This document shows, in pieces, positions 40,045-49,258 of a stretch of DNA of 64,000 bases (positions within the stretch are counted from its first letter, which is position 1; the number at the start of each line of letters is the position of its first letter). The DNA is from a virus (lineage: Duplodnaviria > Caudoviricetes), in IMG/VR virus record IMGVR_UViG_3300027856_000008, positions 804 through 64,803 of that record, one strand, 5' to 3'. The notes below the pieces were generated by a model that saw only the letters and a program-made list of their open reading frames with translations, had not been told where the DNA came from and did not search any database. A program made the translations under genes and the position numbers.

Positions 40045-40437
40045 ATGAGTAAAAAATTTGTTGAATTAGACACAGATAACGAAACGCTATTGGCATATTA
40101 TGATGATAATATAAATGAAACAATACCCGTTGGCGCGTTTGAAATAACACAGATAGAATATGACGATGCTTTGGCAATTAATGCTAATAAATTTATCGGT
40201 GGTTTCTTTGTTTTTGTTGAAAAAGTGTTAACCTGTAGTGAAGAAGCGACACTGGCAAGGGCAAATAGATTAGATGCTTTTCGTACTACAGATAGGATAT
40301 TTTTTGCATGGCAAATAAGTGGTCTATCTATTGATGAACAAGCTTGGCGTGATGCCGTGGCTCAAGTTAAATTAGATTTCCCGATAGAGATAGGGTTTAA
40401 TAATGAGGCTTTTTCAAGTGGTTTTGGTTGTGATTAA
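40045..40437 (+). CDS. Tail fibre-associated protein with a GF-rich C-terminal tag
   Basis: Follows the fibre; IPVGAFEIT...WRDAVAQVKLDFP; ends EAFSSGFGCD. Confidence 0.6.
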   Translation: MSKKFVELDTDNETLLAYYDDNINETIPVGAFEITQIEYDDALAINANKFIGGFFVFVEKVLTCSEEATLARANRLDAFRTTDRIFFAWQISGLSIDEQAWRDAVAQVKLDFPIEIGFNNEAFSSGFGCD

Positions 40438-40693
40438 AATTGCATATAACCAATTTAAAATGGTTATATGCTGTATATAAGCGAATATAAAATAAAAAGG
40501 TCGGCTTTATGGCTAGGGAAGAAATAAACAAAAAATTGTTTGGTACTTACAATTCATATTTAATAAAGGATGAACGGGAACCATTAAAAAAAGATGATAA
40601 GCAAGACAGAATAAAGAGGAAAAAAATACTAGATGATCTGGCAGAAAAGCGGGATATAGAATCCCAAACCAAACAAGCTTGGGATTAAATAAC

Positions 40694-41029
40694 TTATTTT
40701 TTCTTTGTCAAAAGGTGCGGTCTTATCTTCTTGATAACGCGCCTTGCGAGTATTTGTATCTCAGGAATAACAGGGATAAAATCCCCTTCAATACATGCCA
40801 CAAGATAACCCGAAGTAAAATCGTGATCTTCAAGTTCATTTAAAAAATGAGTCGCAAGTTTTAGATCCTCAGTTGCGATCAAAACCATTAATACTTTTTC
40901 GTAATAGCTAACGTTACCAGAAAAAACCTTTGCCCGATTATCGCGCAATGTCTTTGCTTGGATTGAATAAAGCGTTTGTGTTTTTGCTGCGGCTCGTAGA
41001 AATAGATTGTCGAGGGTTTTATCTAGCAT
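40694..41029 (-). CDS. Hypothetical protein (one of two credible minus-strand genes)
   Basis: Occupies an otherwise empty interval, divergent from the recombinase. Confidence 0.5.
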   Translation of the reverse strand: MLDKTLDNLFLRAAAKTQTLYSIQAKTLRDNRAKVFSGNVSYYEKVLMVLIATEDLKLATHFLNELEDHDFTSGYLVACIEGDFIPVIPEIQILARRVIKKIRPHLLTKKK

Positions 41030-41562
41030 AATATTTGTCCACTTTGATTATTACTTGATCACAAGCGTTCCTACGTTAAATCTAGCCTACAATCACCCAC
41101 AAAGTTAGTCAGATTTCACACAGGAGCGCGTGAGTAGTTCAGTATTTAACCAATTAATAGGCACGAAAGGGCTTTTGATCACTTATTGCCATAGATTAAA
41201 AATACAAAAAAGTATAAGGCTTTAATTGCTCTTTTTTTTGATGGTATTAAGGCTTTAAAGTAAATCTAGGACAAACACCCTTAAAATAAACAAAGTTTGT
41301 CATAAACATGATGGTGTTCACCTTGCTCAAACTCAATTTAGTGCCAATTTAACATAATATGTTAATGGTATTTTTTGCATGTCTCTTTTAAATTAATGGA
41401 AAACCGTAAAGCACTGATAAATAATGTTTGCCTACTTTAAAAAGAACTTGTAAAAGCTAAGTAGATGTTTTAAGATTAGTGTATAATTTAGACAAGTATT
41501 CAGACAGTGTATTTTCATTGCTCTGGCTAGTGTTGATTAAGAGTTAATGATAAGTAGGAAAA

Positions 41563-42129
41563 ATGACGAAAGTTAGGGCTTTAAAAACCAGAAAACAGAT
41601 AAATGATGTTGGTGATTTACTGAATAAACATTATGGCAGGCATTTTTTGCAGATGTGGAGATTTGCTGTCAATGTTGGTTTAAGAATGGGTGATGTTCTT
41701 TCAATTTCCATGGAACAGGCAAAGAAGGGGTTAAAAGATGGTCACATAGAAATAAAGGAACAGAAAAAGAAAAAGTACAATAGATTTGATCTAAACATTG
41801 TTGCCAAGCAAATAATAGAAGAAAGGGTGAAAGAGAATAAAACTGATCTCTGGCTTTTCCAATCTCATGGGAATAATGCCAAGGCTATGGAAAAGCCCAT
41901 AAGCAGAAATGCTGTTTATTTGGCATTGAGGGAAGTCGGGCAAATCTATGGTGTTAAGCTTGGAACACACTCAGCAAGAAAAAGCAGGGCGCGTCTAATG
42001 TATGAATCAGGTGAAACGCTAGAATCAATAGCAAGTGTTTTAAACCATGATGATATAAAAGATACTATCAAATATATTGATATTACTCAGGACGAAAAAG
42101 ACAGAACATATCACGAATATGTGATTTAA
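41563..42129 (+). CDS. Short tyrosine recombinase (catalytic domain only, resolvase-like)
   Basis: R (GLRMGD), K, HxxR (THSARK), LNH and Y (TIKYI); 188 aa with no arm-binding domain. Confidence 0.9.
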   Translation: MTKVRALKTRKQINDVGDLLNKHYGRHFLQMWRFAVNVGLRMGDVLSISMEQAKKGLKDGHIEIKEQKKKKYNRFDLNIVAKQIIEERVKENKTDLWLFQSHGNNAKAMEKPISRNAVYLALREVGQIYGVKLGTHSARKSRARLMYESGETLESIASVLNHDDIKDTIKYIDITQDEKDRTYHEYVI

Positions 42130-42138
42130 GGGCTATTA

Positions 42139-42588
42139 ATGAAATATTATGTTTATAAAATTACTTGTAATGCTGGTGGAAATTATAAAGGCATGGAATA
42201 TATAGGGGTTAAGAAACATATAAACCCACAGAAAGATCCTTACATGGGTGGTGGTGAGCTATTAAACTATTTTAAAGATAAATTAGGCATTGAATATTTT
42301 ACAAAAGAAATCTTGTATATATTGGATTCATCAGCAGAAGCTTATGAAATCGAAAAGTCATTAGTTGATGAATTTTATATAGGCAGAGAAGATACATTCA
42401 ACCTATGCTTGGGTGGCTTGCAAAACCGAAGATATGACTTTGCATGTGAGTGGAAACAAGAACTAAAACAATATTTAAGCGATATAACATTTGCAAAATC
42501 TATGGTGCTTAAGGAAACAAGGGCAAAAGAATTAAGAGCGATAATTCAACAAAGAGTAAATCAAACTTATATTGATATTGAATTATAG
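42139..42588 (+). CDS. GIY-YIG (Seg-like) homing endonuclease
   Basis: YVYKIT...YIG...DPYMGGG...FTKEIL...E...N pattern. Confidence 0.75.
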   Translation: MKYYVYKITCNAGGNYKGMEYIGVKKHINPQKDPYMGGGELLNYFKDKLGIEYFTKEILYILDSSAEAYEIEKSLVDEFYIGREDTFNLCLGGLQNRRYDFACEWKQELKQYLSDITFAKSMVLKETRAKELRAIIQQRVNQTYIDIEL

Positions 42589-42630
42589 AATAATGGCATA
42601 TAGGCTATTTAAACTTAAAAGCGAGGGTAT

Positions 42631-42891
42631 ATGAGAAGTCCAGTTAAAGAATACGAAACAGATCCTAAATTTATTGAAGCTTTAGAGCTTGCAAAAATTC
42701 TTGTCGAAGAAAAGCAATTTGATTTAGGGGCAGCGAAAAGGATTGCCAGTAAAAAGATAGGTTATAAGCCAATGTCGCATATTGGGGATCGGTTAGAACA
42801 AATATATAACAATAAAGAAGTGCAAAAACTTTATGTTGACGATTTAAATGATGAATCACAAAAGTATTTTGAAGAATGTTCAGACGAATAG
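42631..42891 (+). CDS. Hypothetical protein
   Basis: AAGCGAGG upstream. Confidence 0.55.
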   Translation: MRSPVKEYETDPKFIEALELAKILVEEKQFDLGAAKRIASKKIGYKPMSHIGDRLEQIYNNKEVQKLYVDDLNDESQKYFEECSDE

Positions 42892-42902
42892 GGATCTAAA
42901 TA

Positions 42903-43169
42903 ATGGACTTTAGCCAAAGAATTAATCAATTACAAATAGATAATCCAGATCGTTTATTAATGGTTACTATTTATGATAGGCCGAGAGATTTCCCCAAACA
43001 TTTTATTGCGAGGGCATCTTTAACTGGTAGAAAGGGAATTGAACAAACAGGCTATTTTATAAGGGCTAATACACTTGAAGCGTTACAGGCTAAAATGTCT
43101 AAATTTGGTTTGTATTGGGTTGGTAGGCATGAGCAGGACGAGCCGCATATTGTTGGAGGTTGGATCTAA
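42903..43169 (+). CDS. Phage hypothetical protein
   Basis: TIYDRPRDFPKHFIAR...DEPHIV..WI. Confidence 0.6.
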   Translation: MDFSQRINQLQIDNPDRLLMVTIYDRPRDFPKHFIARASLTGRKGIEQTGYFIRANTLEALQAKMSKFGLYWVGRHEQDEPHIVGGWI

Positions 43170-43510
43170 TGTTTAAGGTACCGGAACAATACAGGGTTAA
43201 AAATGGGCTCATGGGAAGTGATGAAAGTTACGGGAATAATGGCGCATTTAAAATTAATAAGGCAACAGTTATCGCGTCCGATGGTGAAGGTTGGCAGCAT
43301 GTTAGTGTTTCTTTGCCTAATAAAATTCCAAGTTGGGATCTAATGTGCAAAATTAAGATCCTATTTTGGGGCGAGGATGAATATGTGATCCAAATCCACC
43401 CTCCAAAATCTGAATATGTAAATAATATGAAATTTTGTTTACATCTTTGGAAGCCGATTAATGATGTTCTACCAGTGCCAGATTCAATATTAGTGGGGTT
43501 GAAAAAATGA
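43169..43510 (+). CDS. Conserved phage hypothetical protein
   Basis: WQHVSVS...PSW..MC.IK.LFW...QIHPPKSEYVN...CLHLW. Confidence 0.7.
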   Translation: MFKVPEQYRVKNGLMGSDESYGNNGAFKINKATVIASDGEGWQHVSVSLPNKIPSWDLMCKIKILFWGEDEYVIQIHPPKSEYVNNMKFCLHLWKPINDVLPVPDSILVGLKK

Positions 43511-43737
43511 ACCATAAAATAAGAATGGATCAATTAAAATATCTTGAAGATAACCAATTTTATATAGAAGGCACTCTCGATTTTAGCGACTGCGAGACTA
43601 CGGGCGATATTATAGATGCTACATGCCAGATCTTAGTAGAACGATTCGATATAGCGCATGAGAACACTTATATTTGGGAGTTAATACAACAGGCTTGTTT
43701 TGAAAGTGCGGATAGGGGCATAGAAAATGACGAGTAA
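43507..43737 (+). CDS. Hypothetical protein
   Basis: Coupled ORF. Confidence 0.5.
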   Translation: MNHKIRMDQLKYLEDNQFYIEGTLDFSDCETTGDIIDATCQILVERFDIAHENTYIWELIQQACFESADRGIENDE

Positions 43738-43927
43738 ATATACAGCTTTATACATGGCTATTAAACAAAAGCTATGGTTTATTTATTTTCCAAACGAGGA
43801 AGATTTTACAGAAGAAAAAGCAGAAGAATTAGAAAAAGAAGTTAAGGAATTATACGACTTATTTCTAAAAAGAGGGTTAAGCCCTATTGATGAAAATATA
43901 CAATATTTCCTTAATAATTGCGTATAA
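43727..43927 (+). CDS. Hypothetical protein
   Basis: Coupled ORF. Confidence 0.5.
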   Translation: MTSKYTALYMAIKQKLWFIYFPNEEDFTEEKAEELEKEVKELYDLFLKRGLSPIDENIQYFLNNCV

Positions 43928-43957
43928 GCAGTTTCAACTAAAAAGCGAGGGTAAATA

Positions 43958-44494
43958 GTGACTAAGCAAACATTTTTAGAAGCAGTAAACAACACAGGCG
44001 AAGATATAACGTACAGGTTTAAATCGGTTGGGCTACAAAAGCGTAATTGCGCGGCTATGGCATATATCGGATATAAACAGCTACAGCTAAGGGGATTTGA
44101 ACCAACAATCTGCTTTGGCAATGCCTTTTTTTCCGTAAATAAAAGTAAGTTCGGGATCATATCTTTTGGGGATCACGAACACAACGAACTGGTAACTAAT
44201 GGACAGGTTAAGGGCCATTACTGGTTAGAATATAACGGGAGAATAATTGATTTTACTCTGCTATTTTTACATGACACTGTTAACGAGGTTAATAGGTTAT
44301 GCCCTAACGAACCCACAGGACCAGTTAATATATCCACCAGCCCTATTGTATCAAGATTGAAAATAAAACCTTATAAAGAGCTATACAAGGGCAAGCTAGG
44401 CTATTGTTATGATAAGAAGAAAATCAATTGCGAAGAAATAAAAGAACCAAACGGTACATTTAAAGAATTTTTGAAAATGATGGGGGTTTTATAA
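43958..44494 (+). CDS. Hypothetical protein with a possible transglutaminase-like Cys-His-Asp triad
   Basis: RNCAAMA...GHYWLE...IIDFT. Confidence 0.5.
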   Translation: MTKQTFLEAVNNTGEDITYRFKSVGLQKRNCAAMAYIGYKQLQLRGFEPTICFGNAFFSVNKSKFGIISFGDHEHNELVTNGQVKGHYWLEYNGRIIDFTLLFLHDTVNEVNRLCPNEPTGPVNISTSPIVSRLKIKPYKELYKGKLGYCYDKKKINCEEIKEPNGTFKEFLKMMGVL

Positions 44495-44766
44495 TGGAAG
44501 AATTTAAACAGAAAGCAGCGATAAAAAAAAGGCAAGACCACTTTTTAGATCTTTTAAGCCAGTTTTGTGATCGCAAAAAAGCAGAGCCAGCGGCATATCT
44601 GCCAATGAGCGTTTTAGCTTTTGAAGATATGTTCGATATACCAATTATGACAGGTGAGATAGGCGGTATTTTAAATATTGGTAGTCATGTTTTTGCGTAC
44701 TGGATGAATGGCAGATGTTATTCAATGGATAAAGCAGACGTTGATAAAATAACATTCTGCAAATAA
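44494..44766 (+). CDS. Hypothetical protein
   Basis: Coupled ORF. Confidence 0.5.
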   Translation: MEEFKQKAAIKKRQDHFLDLLSQFCDRKKAEPAAYLPMSVLAFEDMFDIPIMTGEIGGILNIGSHVFAYWMNGRCYSMDKADVDKITFCK

Positions 44767-44773
44767 AAGGGGG

Positions 44774-44811
44774 TGTTAAAACTCGGTGTCCAAATTAGCC
44801 GAGTTTTAACA
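44774..44811. repeat. 13-bp perfect inverted repeat
   Basis: TGTTAAAACTCGG-N12-CCGAGTTTTAACA. Confidence 0.75.
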
Positions 44812-44844
44812 AATGATTAGCTCACACATTTAATCACAGGGCTA

Positions 44845-45120
44845 TTGTATATAACAAAAGGAATAAATCAAGTGAGGATAGGCAATAATAAAAAAAGGGC
44901 TTGTGCGAAACATCAGGATTTACCCGTTGGTTTATATGAAAGAACATATTTTAATATTAAAAATGGCATTAGATATGATTATGTTGCTATATCGGGGATC
45001 TGTACTGTTAAAAGTAAAGTAGTATTTTTTTCACGGAACTTTGGCAATAAAAGAACAAGGGAACAAGCCATAAAAGAAGTTGTTGAATGGCGAGAAAATA
45101 AGTTTATGGAAAATAAATAA
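44845..45120 (+). CDS. AP2-like DNA-binding protein
   Basis: DLPVGLYE...RNFGNKRTREQAIKEVVEWR; start uncertain. Confidence 0.5.
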   Translation: MYITKGINQVRIGNNKKRACAKHQDLPVGLYERTYFNIKNGIRYDYVAISGICTVKSKVVFFSRNFGNKRTREQAIKEVVEWRENKFMENK

Positions 45121-45131
45121 GAGGCGATTTT

Positions 45132-45572
45132 ATGACAGTTACTAAATATAAAAAAATGTGGCTTAGTCATATAGTCGGTATTGATGGTGTGATACATCAA
45201 AGATTTTTTGATACTGAATACGAGGGGAAAGAATACGAAAGCAGTTTAACACTTTCAGATTTGGACTTTTCTATTTACCAAGAAAACCAAAAGGAAAATA
45301 AAAATAACGAGCTTAGGCATAAATCAGGTGATTTGCCCGAGGGGTTATATGAAATTAAATTTACGCTTACTAGGCAGGGTAAGCGGTATCACTATGTAGC
45401 TATTAAGGCGGTCTGTATTGTTGATGGAAAGAGGGTCAGTTCAATGAAGAATTTCAACATTAAAGTAAGCAGGGATGAAGCTATAGAAATTGTGAATAAA
45501 TGGCGATTGGATAATATTTCAAAGCATGAGCAAAAAATAAAAAGGAAGAAAAATGCTAAAAAAAATAAATGA
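45132..45572 (+). CDS. AP2-like DNA-binding protein
   Basis: DLPEGLYE...KNFNIKVSRDEAIEIVNKWR. Confidence 0.5.
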   Translation: MTVTKYKKMWLSHIVGIDGVIHQRFFDTEYEGKEYESSLTLSDLDFSIYQENQKENKNNELRHKSGDLPEGLYEIKFTLTRQGKRYHYVAIKAVCIVDGKRVSSMKNFNIKVSRDEAIEIVNKWRLDNISKHEQKIKRKKNAKKNK

Positions 45573-45804
45573 ATTCGATAGGTGTTGCGGTACAACATGC
45601 GATAAAGATAAATTAGCGAAAGATTACTTAGAATTAGAATTAATAATCAATGCGAAGCAGGAAGAAATAGACGAAGTCGATTTAATTAATTTTGAATTAC
45701 AAGAAAAAATAAAAGTGCTTGAATTTACTGTGAAAATATTCAAAGATAGGATAGATCAATTATTAGAAAAATATGAAAACTATTCAACTGAAAGGAAACA
45801 TTAA
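45553..45804 (+). CDS. Coiled-coil hypothetical protein
   Basis: Heptad pattern. Confidence 0.5.
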   Translation: MLKKINEFDRCCGTTCDKDKLAKDYLELELIINAKQEEIDEVDLINFELQEKIKVLEFTVKIFKDRIDQLLEKYENYSTERKH

Positions 45805-45806
45805 AA

Positions 45807-46772
45807 ATGACTGTAGCGGAACTAACAAGACAAGAAATATCACAAGAGGTTTTTTTAACTGATCCAAATACTGGTGATCCAGTTTCTTTTGAAAGGGTCA
45901 AAGTTACTAAGCAAATGGCAAAGAAATTCCTATCTAAAAATCATAAAAATAATAGATCACTTAGGCCGAAAGTTGTTAGAAGTTATGCGGAAGTAATGAA
46001 TTCAGGGCTTTGGCAATGCTTTAGTGAGTCAGTGAAGTTTGATAAAAATGGCGTTTTGATAGACGGCGCTCACCGAATTTCTGCGATCATTGAAAGTAAC
46101 AAATCTTTTGTTTATATGTCTATTTTGAGAGGCTTACCGCCAGAATCCATCCTTGCTATTGATAATGGGGTTTCGAGATCATTACAGGATAGTTTTGTTA
46201 TCAGTGGGCGTAAAATGACCAATATTAGCAGCGTTACAAGCTCGGTTTCTTTACTTTCTAGGCTATCAGATACTTTTAGCAAAGATATAACCTATGCGAC
46301 AGTCGAGGGATATTGGGTTAAAAACAATATGGCGGTAATTGAATTTTTTGATACGTTAAAAGGCTTTAAAGAATCAACATTCCGCTTTTTCAAGAATTAT
46401 AAATATACCTATATGAGCCGTAATTTCAGTCTCGGTGTAATGGTTGCCATGCACTATTTATTTGATAATGAAGATCAACTCGATGATGGTGGGAGCGTTT
46501 GCCATTCGTTAATGATGTCATTCGAGTCTGGTATTCCTTTTGATGGACTTGGTACAGAATCCCCTTGTTTTCACGTTATAAACCGTATTAGAAAAATAAA
46601 AGAAGTTGGCGGCAGATTAAGATTTGAAGATCAGATCCGCTTATTTCTTTGGGCATATCAGCAAACTTTGCTAAATTTAAGACCAAAGCAGTTACCTCAA
46701 AAACAAGATTGGTTATTTGATGATATAACAATTAAATCTATGGGTAACGCAAAGAAAAAATTAATGCAGTAA
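45807..46772 (+). CDS. ParB/Srx-like domain protein
   Basis: VT..MAK.FL..N..NNR...V..YA..M..G.W...LIDGAHRI.AI. Confidence 0.65.
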   Translation: MTVAELTRQEISQEVFLTDPNTGDPVSFERVKVTKQMAKKFLSKNHKNNRSLRPKVVRSYAEVMNSGLWQCFSESVKFDKNGVLIDGAHRISAIIESNKSFVYMSILRGLPPESILAIDNGVSRSLQDSFVISGRKMTNISSVTSSVSLLSRLSDTFSKDITYATVEGYWVKNNMAVIEFFDTLKGFKESTFRFFKNYKYTYMSRNFSLGVMVAMHYLFDNEDQLDDGGSVCHSLMMSFESGIPFDGLGTESPCFHVINRIRKIKEVGGRLRFEDQIRLFLWAYQQTLLNLRPKQLPQKQDWLFDDITIKSMGNAKKKLMQ

Positions 46773-46823
46773 TGCGTATATAAATCATATGGCGGGGTTT
46801 TCCCGCTTTACTTAAGGAAGGTT

Positions 46824-47435
46824 ATGAAAACTAATTATAACGATTTACAGACTCTTACAAAGCGTTGTTTAGCTGAAATAATTATGCCGATATCATCGCT
46901 CGATGTTAGAAAATCACAAAGTATAATTGAAAACTTTTTTAATTTTGTTGCCAGTGAGTTAAAGCAGGGCAGACATTTAGCAATAAAAGGTGCTGGCACT
47001 ATGCGGTTGTCAGTTAAGGGCGAAAGACCAGTGCGAAACCCTAAAAATTTAGAAGATTTTACTTTGGCAAAAAGAGCAGCCGTAAAGCTTGGTGTTTCAC
47101 ATAATAGTAAACTTGATTTAATTAAAAGCACTCAAATAGGTTGTGAAGAATTAAGAACAGCTATTCGTGAAAATACTCATATGACGGCTATGCAATCTTT
47201 GTTGATTCATAAAAAAATATTAGAAGTTATAAAAGAAGTTGCAGAAAATAGAACAAGAATTGAAATAAGATGCTTCGGAACATTCTTCCCTGTAACAAAA
47301 AAAGCTGGCATAGTTAGAAACCCAAAAACAGGCGATAGAGTTAATATGCCAGAAAGAAGCTTTGTTAAATTTAAAATTAGCAAAGCACTTCGAGAAGATA
47401 TTGAAAGCGGTGAATTATTTCAAAGCGTTATTTAG
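46824..47435 (+). CDS. Tandem (single-chain) HU/IHF-like protein
   Basis: Two arm motifs: ERPVRNPKNLE and AGIVRNPKTGDRV, the latter preceded by IEIRCFGTF. Confidence 0.85.
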   Translation: MKTNYNDLQTLTKRCLAEIIMPISSLDVRKSQSIIENFFNFVASELKQGRHLAIKGAGTMRLSVKGERPVRNPKNLEDFTLAKRAAVKLGVSHNSKLDLIKSTQIGCEELRTAIRENTHMTAMQSLLIHKKILEVIKEVAENRTRIEIRCFGTFFPVTKKAGIVRNPKTGDRVNMPERSFVKFKISKALREDIESGELFQSVI

Positions 47436-47592
47436 GCTTGTAGTGCCAGAGTCCTTTTTCTAATATTTCGGATAGCATTGCGTTAAAAGATCTGTTTTCT
47501 TGTTTTGATAATTCAATCACACGAAAATAGATCTTAGGGCTTAGTTTAAAAGTGCCTTTTTTGATTTTTTCATTATTTCTATTTTTGCTCAT
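47428..47592 (-). CDS. Arc/Mnt-like ribbon-helix-helix repressor, 54 aa (not in the ORF track)
   Basis: MSKNRNNEKIKKGTFKLSPKIYFRVIELSKQENRSFNAMLSEILEKGLWHYKPK; AAGGG RBS. Confidence 0.75.
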   Translation of the reverse strand: MSKNRNNEKIKKGTFKLSPKIYFRVIELSKQENRSFNAMLSEILEKGLWHYKPK

Positions 47593-47880
47593 AACATATT
47601 CCCTTCCAGTTGATAATATAGAGTAAAGCAGAGTTTTTTAATTCTACTAAACTTTATTCATGCAAAAATTTTCAAAAACAAATCTTGTTTGGATCATAGC
47701 TTGCCAAATGTCTGGTGATGAAATGCCGAAGCAATGGCAAATTATCACAGGGTATAGAGCGTTAGTTCGTAGTATCTTAAGCCGTAAAAGGCTAGGTTTG
47801 CCCGTATATGAACATATGGTCGAATACCGAGAAGCCAAAAAAATCATATTTCCAAATAGCCATTAAATATTTAATTCGTA

Positions 47881-47973
47881 AAAGTAATAAAAAAAGCTTT
47901 ACTTCAAATGATAAAGTGATAATATGACACCATCAGAACGAAGCAACGAATTAAAATATTAAGTGAGATTAAA
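47881..47973 (+). promoter_or_regulatory. Early promoter cassette 5
   Basis: UP tract, TTTACT-N16-TAATAT, octads and TAAGTGAG; nearly identical to 58089-58134. Confidence 0.75.
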
Positions 47974-48186
47974 ATGAGTATTTCAGAAAAAGCAATTGAA
48001 AATGGTCAGAAAATAACTAACCAGAATATCATTGATGATTTAAAAAATGGTGATTGGGATTGTCTTTATTTTGCCAAAGAAGATCAAATTTACAACCTTA
48101 TTGATTGTGGCAAAATTGACGAGGATTTTGGATCTCGTTATGAAGATTATCAAGAAGAATTAAGATGTATGAAAGCTGAGTTTTAA
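47974..48186 (+). CDS. Hypothetical early protein
   Basis: First ORF of the cassette. Confidence 0.6.
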   Translation: MSISEKAIENGQKITNQNIIDDLKNGDWDCLYFAKEDQIYNLIDCGKIDEDFGSRYEDYQEELRCMKAEF

Positions 48187-48188
48187 TA

Positions 48189-48374
48189 ATGAAAATTGAA
48201 TTTACCGTTGACGAAATCAAGATACTGCTAGAAGGTTTAGCAGCAGAAAGACAGCGGTTAATTCAATGTATTAAAGCAACAAGAGACGAGAGACAGGTTA
48301 TTGATTTGCGGATCAACTTGGCAACGTCAAGAAAGATAACCTTAAAATTAGAAAATGCGAAGATAGGATTTTAA
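48189..48374 (+). CDS. Hypothetical protein
   Basis: Coupled ORF. Confidence 0.5.
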   Translation: MKIEFTVDEIKILLEGLAAERQRLIQCIKATRDERQVIDLRINLATSRKITLKLENAKIGF

Positions 48375-48377
48375 AAG

Positions 48378-48707
48378 ATGAATTTTATACATGGTCACGA
48401 TAGTTGTAATACAGATTTAAACCCCGATGCGATAATGCACCGTAACAAGCCCATAAAGGATTTAATTCTAAATCATGCTGTAGATATTAAGTTTGTATTA
48501 GATCAGCGTATAGTCGGAATGGGCGTAACAGATTTGGTTTGTTACTTGTTAGATTGCGCTTTGCCACATCACGAACACTTATTACCTAAAGGCTATCAAG
48601 AAAAAGCTTATGAATATTATTATCACGGTGCTTTTAAAAGTATCAGGCGATATTGTAAAGATAAAACACTTGAAGATTTATTAAGGGTTTACAACGCACG
48701 TTGGTAA
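48378..48707 (+). CDS. Hypothetical protein
   Basis: Coupled ORF. Confidence 0.5.
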   Translation: MNFIHGHDSCNTDLNPDAIMHRNKPIKDLILNHAVDIKFVLDQRIVGMGVTDLVCYLLDCALPHHEHLLPKGYQEKAYEYYYHGAFKSIRRYCKDKTLEDLLRVYNARW

Positions 48708-48775
48708 TTGTTCCCGATCACATAAATAGAAATAGATACTAAACTCAAATGACTTTTAATTATTTGGGTTTTTTT

Positions 48776-49174
48776 ATGCGTGGATTATCGAGAGTGACAA
48801 TTTTTGGCGAAATAACCGCTATGGAAATAAGCGAGTCGAGTTCTGGTGGTAAGTTTAATGTGGTGGTTAATGTTTTAGAAAACTATTCGATACAAACGCC
48901 CACAGGGATCATGGACAGGAAAGAATTTCACAGGGTTGTTATTTATGGAGGTGCTGCGAAGCTGGCTAGTAAGTTTTTGAAGGTCGGGTGCGTATTTTTT
49001 ACAGAGTCGGGAATGTTAAGAACAACCGAAAACAAATCTGGCAGATTTTCTAGGATCATAACTTATGACATTGAAATTTTAGATCAATATAAAACTAAGC
49101 AGGAAACCACCAGCAGGGCGAAAGATTCAATTTCAAATATTAAACAAAAATTAAATGCCAAGAATAATGAATAA
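48776..49174 (+). CDS. ssb: Diverged single-stranded DNA-binding protein
   Basis: MRGLSRVTIFG...EFHRVVIYG..A.LA.KFLKVG.....G.LRT; lacks the acidic DIPF tail. Confidence 0.65.
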   Translation: MRGLSRVTIFGEITAMEISESSSGGKFNVVVNVLENYSIQTPTGIMDRKEFHRVVIYGGAAKLASKFLKVGCVFFTESGMLRTTENKSGRFSRIITYDIEILDQYKTKQETTSRAKDSISNIKQKLNAKNNE

Positions 49175-49258
49175 ATGATATTTATCAACTACTATGAAAG
49201 TGTCTTGGTATTCCTAAAGTTGAGTACAATCCCACTTATTAATTTATCAGGTTAATAA

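Noticed and set aside
36498-40437. Diversity-generating retroelement suggested by the Mtd_N-like fibre start
   Set aside because: No reverse transcriptase and no TR/VR repeat pair were seen in the window.
41347-41374. Complete dif site
   Set aside because: The XerD arm matches, but there is no recognisable XerC arm at 6-bp spacing.
42139-42588. Group I intron around the GIY-YIG gene
   Set aside because: The flanking genes look intact and there is no space for an intron core; it is a free-standing endonuclease.
47647-47866. Overlapping ORFs 47660..47866 (+) and 47647..47847 (-)
   Set aside because: Neither has a clear RBS or motif, and I cannot tell which, if either, is real.
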